Below, piece by piece: positions 18,276 through 30,800 of a stretch of DNA of 64,000 nucleotides (position 1 is the first letter of the stretch; every line of letters begins with the position of its first letter). The notes beneath the pieces were generated by a model, which was given only the letters and a program-made list of their open reading frames with translations, ran no database searches and was not told where the DNA came from. The stretch covers positions 963-64,962 of the forward strand of contig JBMNON010000006.1 of NCBI GenBank assembly GCA_050943115.1, in the 5' to 3' direction. A program made the position numbers and the translations under genes. The stretch comes from Patescibacteria group bacterium. GTDB taxonomy: Bacteria; Patescibacteriota; Microgenomatia; UBA12405.

Positions 18276-19534
18276 CTATTACCAAAAACAAACTGCTCCA
18301 AGTCCTTGACTCCACCAAAACTAATACGGTCAGGAACTAAGCCGGAGGTGTCTATCATCCTGGCCGGAGTAATAATAAAATCTCCCCATTTTTCGTTGAT
18401 CTTATCCAGAGCAGAAGTCAGATGGGATTTTTTGTTAATATCACCAAATAGATCCAGCTGGAGAGACGGATCGCGGGAGAGGTTAAAACAGGATACGGAA
18501 AGATTGGCAACCGGAAAACGATAGGGAGACTTGAGTAAGATTTTAAAAGCTCTTTTGTAGATATCGATAGAATCAAAAAGATCACGGTCAAGGGTAGTCC
18601 CCTGATGCCAAAAGGAATGGTTTTTGTAGAGAATGGCAACATGGATACCGCGGGCACGATAGCCGGTTTTCCTCATGCGGCTGCCCAGTTTCTGGACTAG
18701 TTTGTGAAGAATGGGAGATAAATCCTGAGGAGTAGAGGCGCTAACGGGTAAGGAGTACATGTGACCAAAACTTTTACGGCCCAGTTCGACGTCATCAATC
18801 TCCCAGCCACGAAGGCGAAGATACCAGTAATAGGCAGTAACGGAGTGAAGGGCTGATTTGATATGACTAATCGAGGCATTATAAAAATCCATGACAGAGT
18901 AAATAGAGACTGAATTGAGACGGGCAGTAAGGTTGCGATCAATGCCATGAAGATCGGGCAGAGAAAGCTTCTGATAAATTTCCTGAAAATTGAAAACATC
19001 AATGGTATTCAGACCATCAGGCTTTTTTAGATTCGAAGCGATTTTGGCAAGAAAACGATTGGGGCCGATACCGATAGAAACAGTCAGCCAATCCCCTATT
19101 TCTGATTTAATCCTTTGTTTGATTTCTAGAGCGACAACTTCCATACCCTTGGCAAATCCGGGAAAACCTTCAAGGTCGATGATAAATTCATCAATGGATT
19201 TGGGAATTACTACATTGGTGTACTGATTAAGCAAGTTTTTCAATTTAATGTGGACATGGCGGTATTTCCAGGGATCAGTGCCAAGAACTATCAAGTCAGG
19301 ACAAAGGAGCTGGCCTTCCCTGACCCTCATACCAACCTTAACACCCTGGACTTTGGCTTCGACGGAGGGAGCCAGAATACAGCCGGAAGGAGTAGTGTAG
19401 GCAGCTACAGCAACGGGCCTACCCCGAAGAAGAGGGTTGGCTTGTTGTTCAATTGAGGCAAAGCAGGAGTTGAGATCAATGTGCATAATAGTGGGGATTT
19501 TGGAGTTAAAGGGCAAATTAACCGGGTAAGCCAT
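18272..19534 (-). CDS. dinB: Y-family DNA polymerase IV (DinB/UmuC family)
   Basis: It has MHIDLNSCFASIEQ and full Y-family thumb and little-finger regions. The ORF track starts at a TTG at 19576, but an AAGGAGG sequence 6 nt before the ATG at 19534 supports that start. Confidence 0.85.
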   Translation of the reverse strand: MAYPVNLPFNSKIPTIMHIDLNSCFASIEQQANPLLRGRPVAVAAYTTPSGCILAPSVEAKVQGVKVGMRVREGQLLCPDLIVLGTDPWKYRHVHIKLKNLLNQYTNVVIPKSIDEFIIDLEGFPGFAKGMEVVALEIKQRIKSEIGDWLTVSIGIGPNRFLAKIASNLKKPDGLNTIDVFNFQEIYQKLSLPDLHGIDRNLTARLNSVSIYSVMDFYNASISHIKSALHSVTAYYWYLRLRGWEIDDVELGRKSFGHMYSLPVSASTPQDLSPILHKLVQKLGSRMRKTGYRARGIHVAILYKNHSFWHQGTTLDRDLFDSIDIYKRAFKILLKSPYRFPVANLSVSCFNLSRDPSLQLDLFGDINKKSHLTSALDKINEKWGDFIITPARMIDTSGLVPDRISFGGVKDLEQFVFGNS

Positions 19535-19778
19535 CGGAAACCTCCTTGAGACGCCAGAATAAGTTATCAGTATCAAGAATCAATCGGAAAAAGATATTGT
19601 CGGCAGACACCGAGAAAACATGGTAAAGGGTTCGGCCTGAACGGTAAGTGTGATGATAGCCAAGTTTTTTGATGAGATATTGGCGGCCATCCCAGATAAC
19701 GGTGACGGGCAAAACCTGGCGGGTTTTATGATTAAATTCGAGGGAGACGGAAACCGGCACGTCGATAATCTGAATCAT
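19518..19778 (-). CDS. small hypothetical protein translationally coupled to dinB (its stop overlaps the dinB start region)
   Basis: ORF track only. The dinB Shine-Dalgarno lies inside its 3' end. No motifs recognised. Confidence 0.35.
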   Translation of the reverse strand: MIQIIDVPVSVSLEFNHKTRQVLPVTVIWDGRQYLIKKLGYHHTYRSGRTLYHVFSVSADNIFFRLILDTDNLFWRLKEVSDGLPG

Positions 19779-19929
19779 AGTTTAGTTATACCCGAATAAA
19801 ACCCGAAGTCAATGAAGCAAAAGCAATTATTACCTTCTTCTTACAAATTGCCAACACATTTCATATTTGGTTTTTTTATCCTATTTTTAGACTAAAGTAA
19901 GCTATTAGTAATTCAACAAGGAGAATTTT

Positions 19930-20367
19930 ATGGATAGAAACGATGATGTCATGAGAAAAGTCGGATTAGCATTTTTGGCAGGCGCGGCCACGGGCTGGCT
20001 TGTCAGTATATTTATGCCCGAAGACACCAGAAATAAAGTAAAAAATGAAATTGAAGACAAGACCAGTTATCTTAAGAAAGTGATGACAGACCCGGAAGAA
20101 AGAGAAAGGATTAAGGATGTTTTTAGTGAAAAGACCCAAAATACCAAAGAAAAGCTAGAGGATGTAAAGAACGATATTGCCAACAGATTAGCGGCTTTAA
20201 AGGGCGGTGCCCAAGATATTGATAAAAGGAAATATATGAGGGCAGTTCAGGATAGCATCGAGGATATGAGGGAGGGAAATATACTACCGGAAGACGAGCT
20301 AAACCGGCTTCGCGATTATCTGGAGGGAGACTATGAAAGAATCAGAAGAAGAATGAGGAGGGCTTAA
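19930..20367 (+). CDS. YtxH-like (DUF948) membrane-anchored coiled-coil protein
   Basis: The N-terminal VGLAFLAGAATGWLVSIFMPEDTR is followed by a charged helical region. Confidence 0.45.
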   Translation: MDRNDDVMRKVGLAFLAGAATGWLVSIFMPEDTRNKVKNEIEDKTSYLKKVMTDPEERERIKDVFSEKTQNTKEKLEDVKNDIANRLAALKGGAQDIDKRKYMRAVQDSIEDMREGNILPEDELNRLRDYLEGDYERIRRRMRRA

Positions 20368-20631
20368 ATGAGCCTACAGGAAATGTTTTACCTCCTAGGG
20401 ATAATTTACATGTCTTTCTGGATTTTATTTTTAGTGTTTCTGGCTATTGCTGCTTACAAACTTAAACAGTCCCTGGATGAAGCAAAATTTGAAATCGAAA
20501 GGAAAAAAGCTCAGGCAGAGAATTATTTAAAGAAATTAGCTAATGCTAAGGTTTTAGGGGTGCTTCCGATAGTCCCGGTTGCTGGATATTTTGCCAGAAA
20601 AATTTTTAAGGGAATTGCCAAGAAAATATAA
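20368..20631 (+). CDS. small membrane protein
   Basis: TAA and ATG abut the upstream gene. There is one TM helix and a coiled-coil tail. Confidence 0.35.
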   Translation: MSLQEMFYLLGIIYMSFWILFLVFLAIAAYKLKQSLDEAKFEIERKKAQAENYLKKLANAKVLGVLPIVPVAGYFARKIFKGIAKKI

Positions 20632-20646
20632 ATTGACCTTTGTTTT

Positions 20647-21832
20647 ATGAGCGGAGGATATAAGAAGATAATGCAACAACTGTTTGAAGTGGAGAATAAA
20701 TTATCAGGCAAGGAGTACTTATTATCGATTTATTATCCAACATCGGGCTTTAATAAAGAAAGAGTAAAATTGGAGCTAAAGTCTTTTATCCTGTCCAATT
20801 TCAGAAGGGAGAGTAACTGGCCAAATTTAAATAAACTACACCACCAAATCGTGGAGGGAATTAGCGAGAATATCAATTACTTAGAAAAAGTAGATAAGGG
20901 ATTGGCAATTTTCCTCAAATTTAACCCCAAAGAACTGAAGAAAGGCAGACAGCAAGAAATCGGCGAAGAAGATATATATATCAATATTGGGAAAAGAGCC
21001 GGAGGAGGAGTTTTTTGTAGGAAAAACTTTTAATTACGACCAGTTGCTTTGGCAGGAATATAGGGCTGAGAATGTTCTGCTTTTGAACATTAAACCGGAA
21101 GAAGCGAATGTATATAAGCTGGAAAACGGAGAGCTGGATAGAATTGAAAGTATGAAAAATTCTTTTGTTTCGGATAGGGAAAATGAGTATTTGGAGCGGT
21201 TTTCCCCCACCGGTTATAAAAACGTGGTTCATGGAACCGGTTCTGATAAGTGGAAAAGGGATTTGGAAGATAGAATTGTCGGCTTTTTAAACCAGATTAT
21301 AGAAGCCATAAGAAGAGGGGATAAATATGATGGTGACTATAACGGTTTGGTGATAGTTTATTCCGACAATGTTAAAGATGTGATTAAAAAACTGGTGGAT
21401 GAGCTGGTAAAGATTATGCCGACATTTGACAAACCAATACTTATTAACAAAAATATCCCCAATGAAAATCAATTGAAAGAAGAAGTTATCAGGGCGATAG
21501 AAGATCACAAGAAAAAGAATAAGATGGAGTATCTGACCTGGGTGATGGAGGAGGACCGGGATAACTTTGTTGAGGGATGGAAAAGTGTTTTGAAAGAATT
21601 GAGAAGGCAAAAAATTGAGACATTGTTTTATAAGGAAGGATCTAGCAAACAAGGTTATTTGATGGATGAGGAGCTGCTTTATTTAAATCCAGTAGAGGGA
21701 GCGAATAATTTAAGGAGGTTGAATAATATTGCACCGTGGCTTCTTCGAAATGTTCTAGAGTACGGTGGTAAAGTAATGGTGTTTGATAGGGAAGAAGAAG
21801 TGCCGGAGGTGGCGGCTAGGATCAGATACTAA
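20647..21832 (+). pseudogene. eRF1/Pelota-superfamily (bacterial eRF1-like) protein whose reading frame is split at a T6 homopolymer (ORFs 20647-21033 and 20987-21832)
   Basis: The downstream ORF has a central-domain-like HGTGSDKWKRDLEDRIVGFLNQIIEAI (compare eRF1 HGRGGQSALRFARLR..., with GGQ absent). Its C-terminus GGKVMVFDREEEVPEVAARIRY resembles the domain-3 ending GG..ILRY. Deleting one T from ttttttg at 21011-21016 fuses the two ORFs in frame. Confidence 0.45.
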
Positions 21833-21833
21833 T

Positions 21834-24800
21834 TTAGGAAGAAGCTTTTACATTGAGGCTTCTCTCCTCCACCAAGCGCCGGCGCAGGGAAAAGACAAAG
21901 AAGATGAGGACCAGGAAGTTGAGGGCCGAGGGATAAAGCAGGTAGGAGTAGGCCACGGAGACGATAGCCAGGAGGGTGAGGTGGGAGTAGTAGCGCCGGA
22001 GGAAGGCATCGAGGTGAGGCAGGAGACGGTCGAGAAGACGGGGGCGGGACTGGGGCCGGGCGGTTAGCTCCAAATTAAGTTCCAGGCGAGTGGCCTTAAA
22101 GAGGAGGGGCTGGGTCAGGGGTGAGTAGTTAGCCTTTTTGACGGTCAGGGTGTAGGAACCGGGAGCCGGATTGAGAGTGTAAAAGCCGGAGGCATCAGTC
22201 AGAGTGGAGTAAATGCGGGAGCCGGAAGTCAGGGTGACGAGGGCTTTGACCAGGGGCTGGTGGCGGGCATCAGTCACCTTACCCCAAAGGAGCTGCTTTT
22301 GGCGCTTGAAGCCAAAGAAGAAGGAGACGGGAGCCAGGAAGAAGTAGAGGGTTTGCTGGAGAAGGAGGCGGAGACTAGTCCAAAGAGACAGGGAGGCGGA
22401 TGAGGCCGAGGACAGGGCCGACAGGCTGGTTTGGGCGGCTTGGGCCACCAGGTAGGCAGCCGAGGTAACAGCAGCGGCTTCGGAAGTAGTGGCAGCCACC
22501 TGACCCAACTGGGAGGCGACGGGAGTCTCCTGAAGCTGGTAGCGGGTGGAGTCAATGGTGGTGGTGATAGTCTGGAGAGTATGGGTCAGGGGTTGAGGCA
22601 GAGCGGCAAGCAGAGGCGGAGTTACTTCGGGGACGATCTGAGCCAAGGGCGGCTCAAGGCTGCCGGGAGGCACCTGGTTATCAGTGCCAACCAGAGCGGT
22701 GGTGGGAGTGGGCTGGCTGGAATCGGCCAGGGCAGTGGTCGGGGTGGCAGCCGAAGCCTGGGGGGCGGGAGTCAAACTATCAGTGGCGGCAATGGCGGAA
22801 GAAGTGGGAGTAGGCTCAGAGGCGGAAGTGGTAGGCGTGGGAGTGGAGGTGGCAAGAGGAGAAGAGGTCGGGCTGGCTTCCGGGGCGGGGCTGGTATCCC
22901 CTACTTTGGTAGTGGGTGAAGGCAGAAGAGAAGCGGTGGGAGTCGGGCTGGGATCGGGGGCGGTAGTGATAGCGGTAGGCTGGCTAAGGGGAGTGGGAGT
23001 GGTTGAAGTAATGGCGATGACAGAGCTGGTGGGCGAAGGTTGGGAAGGGGTTGAAGTCGGTTGACCGGGAGCTGGAGTGGCAGTCGGTTCTCCGCCGCCA
23101 ATGGCCGGAGTGGTGGTAGGCTGGCTAAGGGGAGTGGGAGTGGCTTGAGGCAGAGGGGTGGGAGTAGCTTTGCCTTTTTTGGCCAGATAAACTTTGGTAG
23201 CAAAGTCCTGGCGGGAAGAGACGGCCAGGGTACGGCCCTGGGAAGTGGCCTGATAGTAGTAGGTGGTGTCGGGGTTGAGATGAGTGAGAGTGACGATGTG
23301 GTTTTTGGTGAGGGTGTCGGAAGCTACCGAATAGGCCAGGTCGGTGGAGGCGGCAAAGTGAAGAAGAGTGGTGGCCGGGTGGTTGGTGGACCAACGGACC
23401 TGGGCGGTGGTGTCGGTGATCTTGATAACCCGGAGGTTTTTGATCTGGGTGGAGTTTTTGGCCAGCCAGGTCTGGGCCTTGTCGAGGATGTTATCCTTTA
23501 CGGCCTGGGAGACTTTGGCGGGAAGTTTAGTGAGGGTGTCGGTAATGGTGTCAACGATGTGGCTGATGTCAGCGCCACTTCTCTTGGCAATGTTTTTGAT
23601 GGTGTCGGCAATGGTTTGGGCCAGGGAGTTGGCTTTCTTTTCGGCCTGGGCCGGTTTGGCGGATTGGGCCTGGGCGATTTTTTGTTCGATGAGGGCCCGC
23701 TCTTCGGCGGTGGCCGAGGACAACTTGGTATCCAGGAGGGCCTGAAGGTCGGCCAGTTCGCCGGGGGTAAGGTTGAGGGCCAGGGTGGCAAACTGATGGC
23801 GAGCGTCATAGGTGTAGGTCTTACCGTGGGACATGACCTCGTAGTAGTAGGTGGTATCGGGATCGAGGTTACTGAGGGTGATGGTGTGGTTTTTGACCAG
23901 GAGATCGGACTGGACATCGGCACCGTAGTCGTAGGAGGCGCCATAGTTGACCTTGGAGGTTGAGGGGTGGTTGGTTTTCCAGGAGATGAGGGCAGAGTTG
24001 GTGGCAATTTTGGTGGCTTTAACATTGCTAATCTTGGTGCGGGAGTTTTCAAACCAGGTGTTAAACCAGGACTGGGCTGAGGAGAGGAGGGAGTCCTTGA
24101 AGGCCTGAGACAGGTAGGGAATGGAGTTGATAAGGTCAGTGAGGGCGCCCAGGAAACGGGCGGCCGGCTCCCGGCCCAAATCGGCCAGCTTTTTCCAGAT
24201 GTTTTTAAGGGTATCGACGGCCTTGGTAGCAAAGTTGTTCCAGGCTGATTCCTTGTTACTGTCCTTGGCTTTAACAATAGTGTCAGCTTTCTTTTGAAGC
24301 TGCTGCTTGTCCTGGGCGGAGGCCGAGGAGAGCTTGTCATCGATGAGGGTTTCGATTTGCTCTTCTTCCTGAGGGGTAAAGTCACCGACTTTGAGAGTAA
24401 AGGTGATGGTTTTACTGGTATTGCCGGCAGCGTCGGTGGCAACAAGGTCAAAGCGGTAGGAAGCAGGAGGCAGGGGTTCCTGGGGAGTAAAGCTGAAGGC
24501 GGCACACTTGTCGTCGGTCTGGAGGCTATTGTCGGTGACAGGGTCACCACTCTGGCACCAGGCGGCAGAGGCGGCCAGGTTAAGGGTGGCAGTGGAATGA
24601 AGGGAATCGAGCCAGTAGGGATTGAGGCGAGTGATGGAAAGCTCCAGGGTTCGGGGGCCGGCGGCAACTTTGGTGTTCTTGGAGTCACCCTTGAGCAGAT
24701 CCTTGATCTGACCCTGAAGGCTGGGCGTCAGGTTGGAAGTGGAGTAATCAGATTGCTTGGGGTCAAAGCTGAGGTTGTTGAGAGAGGTGAGAGTCAGGAG

Positions 24801-27800
24801 GGGGTCGGTGGTATCGACAAAGACGGTTTTGGAAGAGGACGGCTGGCCTTGGCTGGTGTTGGTCTTGAGGGTGTAGTGGCGGGCGCCTTCCTTGAGAGCG
24901 CCCTTGTTTTGATTGCCGGTCCAGGCCGCGGCATCGTGGGTAGTCAGGGTAACAGTATTGTTGTCCTCGGTGCCATCGGAGAAGCCGGAGTAGCGGGCGG
25001 TGTATTTATCCTGGCGGTAGTCGGAGGTGCCGGAGGCGGGAATGCCAGTTAAACTCCAGTCACCCTTGGAACCATTGTCAACTTCCAGATCAAAGGAGGA
25101 GATACCATGGGCCGTGTCAGAGGACAAGGTCCAGGAGAAGGCCGGACGGGAGGAGTTGGTGTAGGAGTGGTGGGCGGGAGAGTCGAGGGAGACGGTAGAG
25201 ACGGCGGGAGTGGGAGTCGGGGTGGGAGTAGGAGTGGGAGTGGAGGTGGGGGTAGGAGTAGGAGTGGTGGAGGGAGCCGGAGGCTGGGAGGGGGTGGTGG
25301 GAGTGGGAGTGGGAGTGGGAGTGGAGGTGGGGTCGGGGGTTGGAGGTTGCGGATCAGTGCCGGCAACATCACCAATATTGAGTGTTGTAACCGAATACAT
25401 ACCCAAATCAGCATTAACAGGGTTACTTAAGCTTAGGAAAAGAGTTTTGGGAGTTTCGGGTTCAGGATTAAGAATAGAAACGGGTATGGTAGCGTAATAG
25501 GAATCGGAGGGGATAGTGGCAGTACCGGAAGTAAGAAGATAGTCAACCCCATTCTCAGCCGTACCACCAGTAATCTCATAATCGACAGTAACGGGTGAAG
25601 CAGATTTGCCGTTTTGAAGGATTAATTTGATGTCTGTCTCCCCTACTCCCTGAGGAGAAGCAGTATAAGGATGGGCAAACTCAATACGGGGAGGAGCCGT
25701 ATTGCCTATACCATCGCCAAAAGTAGCAAATGAATATTGGGATACTTGGGCGGGCAAGATTTCACTAAATTCTCCACCTACATGAACAGTGTTGTTGTTT
25801 ATAAGAAGTTCATAAACATCACAATAACCATTCTCAGGGGACGGATCCCATGAAGTGGCCGCTCCCGGTGCTTGGATAACACAATCACTTTGCTCAACCA
25901 AAACTACATCATCCAGCCAGCCTTTGTCTTCACCTACGCTAGAGGAACTGTCTTTACCATACAGCCAAGTAAAAGTATGATCGCCGGCATCAATGTTATA
26001 GGTAAATTCCGCCCAATCGGCACTCCCGGAGATACGATGCGTATAGCTGGTTCGCGAACAGGAGGGATTGTTGTGGCAAAAAACAAGATAGTCATATCCT
26101 GACTCGGAGCTAACTTTCCATGAAAATGATAAAGAAGCAGCTTGATCCGCAGTGACATCATAGGAAAGCGATGAAGATTGATTATGGGTAATAACACCTG
26201 ACTCGGCAGACATAGCTCCATCAGATGAATAGGTAGAAGAATGAGACCAGAGCACATCACCACCGCTACTCCAATTTTCCGGGGGGAAGACGTCACCTTC
26301 AAAAGATTCGGCGGGTCCGAGAGGCTCCAGGGGAGGACAGGTGGTACCGACCATGGTGGGCAGGAAAACTTCTGCAGCACAATGCCTTGATTGGCCGCCA
26401 GCATTCATAAAGTAACCTCCGGCTAAAATGGAATCCCGGGTCAGGTCAATAGTATAGACCGTGCTATCAATTTGAGGATCCCATTCTACAGCTGAACCAT
26501 CTTCTGTACTGACTGCAACCAAATAATATTTGTCGTCCTCTTGGTTAAAATCGGGAAAGTCGCCAGCGATATAAAGAATATCTTCGCTTGCAGCCAAATC
26601 ATATACTCCATCGTAGTTGCCACCGGCATCACCGGGGTACCAACTATCAAGCTGACCCGAGGCGATATCAAAAGCAGCAATGTTATATCTGGTGTAGTCA
26701 TCAATATAACTAAAATCGCCGCCCACATAAAGACGCGACCCGTGGGGAAGAATTTTATTTACCAATCCCCAGACAGAAGGGCTCCAAGATGTGGGAATAG
26801 AGTTGCTTCCTTCAAAGGAAGCTAACCCCTCACGGTCATATCCATTAATTTTTTCAAAATATCCTCCGATATAAATAGTATCTCCGGCTACGGCAATGTC
26901 GTAAATATAATCATCAGAATAGGGACTCCAAGATGTGGTTTCACCACTGTCAACGTCTATGGCGCCAAGATAATTTCTTGTCTGGTTGTTTATTGATAAA
27001 AACTCTCCGCCAACAATAATGTCATTTCCTTTACGGGAAATGGCATTAACCATACCACGGACAACAGGTAACCAGGATTCGTCCACTCTGCCGTCGGGAC
27101 CAATTCTAACCAAATTGTTAACTATAGTGCCTCCCGCTGAATTAAAATCCCCTCCCATATAAACCCTGTCGCCGTCAAATGCAAAGCTGTTAACATTCAT
27201 GCCATATTCAATATGGGGTGCCCACGGTGTAAGCTGCCGGGTTGACAGATCAAAGGCAGAGGCACTATGTCGAAAGTCACCATTCATATCCCAATAAACG
27301 CCGCCGACATATAGCAGACCGTCGTTTATGGCCAGATTAACAGTCCAACCCCAATATTTGTTATAAGGACTCCAGTCACGGGCTTCACCCGTAGAAGCAT
27401 CTACCGCAGCTAATTTATACAGTTGACGACCGCCAATTTCGTTGAAATGACCGGCAGCGTAAATATCGGATTCATAAGCGGCAATTGAACGAACCTCGTA
27501 ATTTGGCGCCGGTTGAAAATCGGGAATGGCTACGCCGTTTAAATCAAAAGCTGCTAAATTTTTTATTGGGGTTGAGCCATTGACTGTGGCAAAAGTACCG
27601 CCTACGTAGATATTCCCGCTGGCACCAATATCTATTGTATTTACGATATAGCTGCTGATATTGGGATTCCAATGGGTAAGATAAACCGAGCTATCGACAC
27701 AGGGGTACTGTGTATATTCGTATACTCTAACATTATCAAGCCAACCTCTGTTTGCTCCCGTAGAGTACGTTGACGTTCTCTGGTGCTTCCAAGTGATGGT

Positions 27801-30800
27801 GTGTTCTCCGGCTGAAATTGGAACAAAAACCTCCCTCCAATCCTGGTTACCAGAGATTCTCTGGTGAATGGGCACGTCGGAATATGTACAGTCAGGGTTA
27901 TCAATACAATAGAACAAGTAACCTCCTGCGCTATAAGTACTTACTTTCCAATTAAACTTTAAAACACCATCTTTTGAAAGATTTACCGTGGTTTGCAGGT
28001 AGGATGTTTGGCCGTTTGAAATAACCGGTGACTGGGCTGATTGGCTACCATCAAAAGCTGAAGTGCCTATTCCCCAATTTAAATTGCCCCCGGTGATCCA
28101 GTTATCCGGAGGGAAAGTGACCCCTTCGAAGGATTCTTCTACTACCGTCGAGTCGTTGACACAGTCGGGGCATGAGGGAGTCCAGACCGAGGCTGCTCGA
28201 TTTCTTATGGCAGTAGTACCAACGGAAGCGGTTACTGAAGTAAAATATCCGCCCAAGTAAAGCTGTTTTCCGTCAGAGCTAAGTTTTAGACTTTTGATGT
28301 AACTATTTGTTGTCGGCGTCCATTCTGTTATTAAACTACCATCTGCAGCGTTAAGTGCGGCCAATCGACTTCTCGATTGGCCATCAATTTCAGTGAAATA
28401 ACCACCGACGTAAAGAATTGAATTATCGGGGCTAAGGGCTAAAGAATAAACATCATCGTTGGGGTTAGGACTCCAATCGGGATCAACCGAGCCGTCGGGA
28501 AGAACATGGATTAAGTTGATTATTTCACTTGGTGAGTAGTTAATGTGGTTGAACCAACCGCCAACGTACCAGCCCCCATTCCCATCCGGGACTATGGTGT
28601 AAACTGAATCGCCATAGCTACTAGGGTCATCTAAATGGGGAAAATTACCAGTTACTTTGCCTGTGTTTTTGTCGATAAGTGCGGCTTTCCCGGTAGCCGG
28701 AGCGAACAACTCGAACTCTCCACCAATATAGGTATAACCTTCCGATTCATATAAGGCTTGTGCTTCATAAACAAAACCACTTTCCTGTTCGGGTCCGCGG
28801 CCAAGCATGTAATTATGATTGGAAAATTGCATGGTAGGGGTCATGTCTGTCCCGGTCACAGGTAGGGGTATGGATGCAGCACTAGGTATGGGGGGCGGAG
28901 TAGGAGTAGCTGTAGGAGAAGGGGCTAGGGTTATTGTCGGCCAATAAATAGGATTGGAACAGTCAAGTTCGGATTCAGGTACATAATCATTAAACTGGGC
29001 TAAGCTTTTGCAGGAGCTTCCGTCAACGGTAATAAATTCACCTGCCAGAAATATTGTATTGCCAATAAATTTTGCAGTATTAATAGTGCTACTTATCGAT
29101 GGTTTCCAATCGGCAACCGAATAATCCGACATATTTATTATGGCCGCACGAGTAGCTCCAACCCCGGCAATATTCCAAAAAGAACCGGCAACGAGCAATT
29201 GTGATTCGTCAGAGTTAAATGACATGGATTTAACAGTACCGTTATTAGAATCGGAGACAGAATCCAATAAGTTACCGTCTGAATCTACCACAACAAAATC
29301 AGGACGGTACAGCCTGTTTACATGACTGAATTCTCCACCAATAAATATTTTAGAACCATCGGAGGTAGGTAGGATAGAGTAGACATAAGAGTCGGAGTTC
29401 CCGGATTCTATCGGGCCGGGGTACCAATCGTTGAGAGTACCGGTGGTGGCGTTAACGGATCCAATACGGGTACGGTATTCACCAGCCAAAGCTTCAAATT
29501 CACCACCGATATATAAATTATTGTTATTATAAGCTAGGGCGAGTACCCTGTCGGCAGCGTCAGGAGCCCAGTCAAGCAAAGAGTTGTCTGATGTGTCAAA
29601 AGCAGCTAAGCGATAACGAACTTGGTCCCCTACCCTTGTAAAATCTCCACCTACATACAAAACCGATTTATCATGATTAAACTCGAGTGTCCTAACGGTG
29701 CTATCTAGAAGAGGATTCCAATTTACTATAGTTTGAGAACAAACATCAAGGGCGGCAAGTCTAGAAAAATATTGAGGACCTTCAAAGCTAGTAAAAGAGC
29801 CGCCGACATAAACTATGTTATCTTTGGCAGCTATTGAATACACGTATGAAAAAGGATTTGGGGCCCAATCTTTGGCAGCTCCGGTGACGGCATCAAGAAT
29901 AGCAAAATAACGCCGGTAAACTCCACCTACCGATTTAAAATCACCGCCAATAAACAATTTGGAGGAATCCGGGTCGTAAAAAAGTTCCTGGACATAACCG
30001 TCAGCCATTGGGGGATTAATAATTCCTGAACCATCCGATTTATTTATAACAAAAAGATGGTTGAATATTATGCCAGTCCCAGTGGAGGCATTATCAAAAC
30101 GGCCACCGACATAGATTTTATCCCCGATGCTTTCAAGTGCATATCCGTAGAAGTAATTACTGGTTGGCAAGACTGGATTCCAGTCGAGTGTTTCTCCAGT
30201 CAGGCTATTAACAGCAGCGACCCTATTTCTAGAAAGACCACCAATGGTAGTAAAAGAACCGGTTAACCAAACTTTATCATTGTCATATAAAATGTCATAA
30301 ACATAACCATTTGGTGCCGGGTTGAAGTCAAGAGCAGTTGCCGTTGAAGTGTTAATGGCCGCAAAATAAGTCCTAAGTTGGCCTCCGATATTTATATCCC
30401 TAAAGTCCCCGGCTAAATAAATAACGCTATCGTCATTATTTAAGTCGATGTCAGCAATGTTATATTGATAAACTGAGCTTATGGGATTGAAGTCAGTGGG
30501 CTGACCTGACAAATCAATCTGGGCTAAACGATTACGGGTGACACCACGGATGGTGGTGAAATTTCCAGCTACATATATTAATTCTCCGGTACTATTGGTA
30601 GTAATTGCCCTAACGGTGTTGTTGGAGTTGGGGTTCCAAAGCCTGGCTAAACTGGTGCCGCCACCGCATGGATAACTTTCATACTCATAAATCCGGACAT
30701 TATCCAACCAGCCACGGTTGGCACTGTAATTCAAGGTCGAGGTTCTCTGATTCTTCCAGGTAAGAGTATGACTACCGGCGATAAGGGGAACGGTAACTTC

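Noticed and set aside
22274-25497. Cluster of plus-strand ORFs (22431-22919, 22684-23064, 23061-23963, 23368-23745, 24294-25052, 25107-25430, 25210-25497) and minus-strand out-of-frame ORFs (22274-22555, 22901-23203, 23125-23394, 23498-24688, 25049-25414), all Gly/Pro/Ser/Arg-rich
   Set aside because: All lie inside the PT/S/A-rich, GC-rich low-complexity part of the giant gene. Their own translations are low-complexity (G, S, R or P runs), as expected for alternative frames of ACC/CCC/GCC codon repeats. They are not independent genes.
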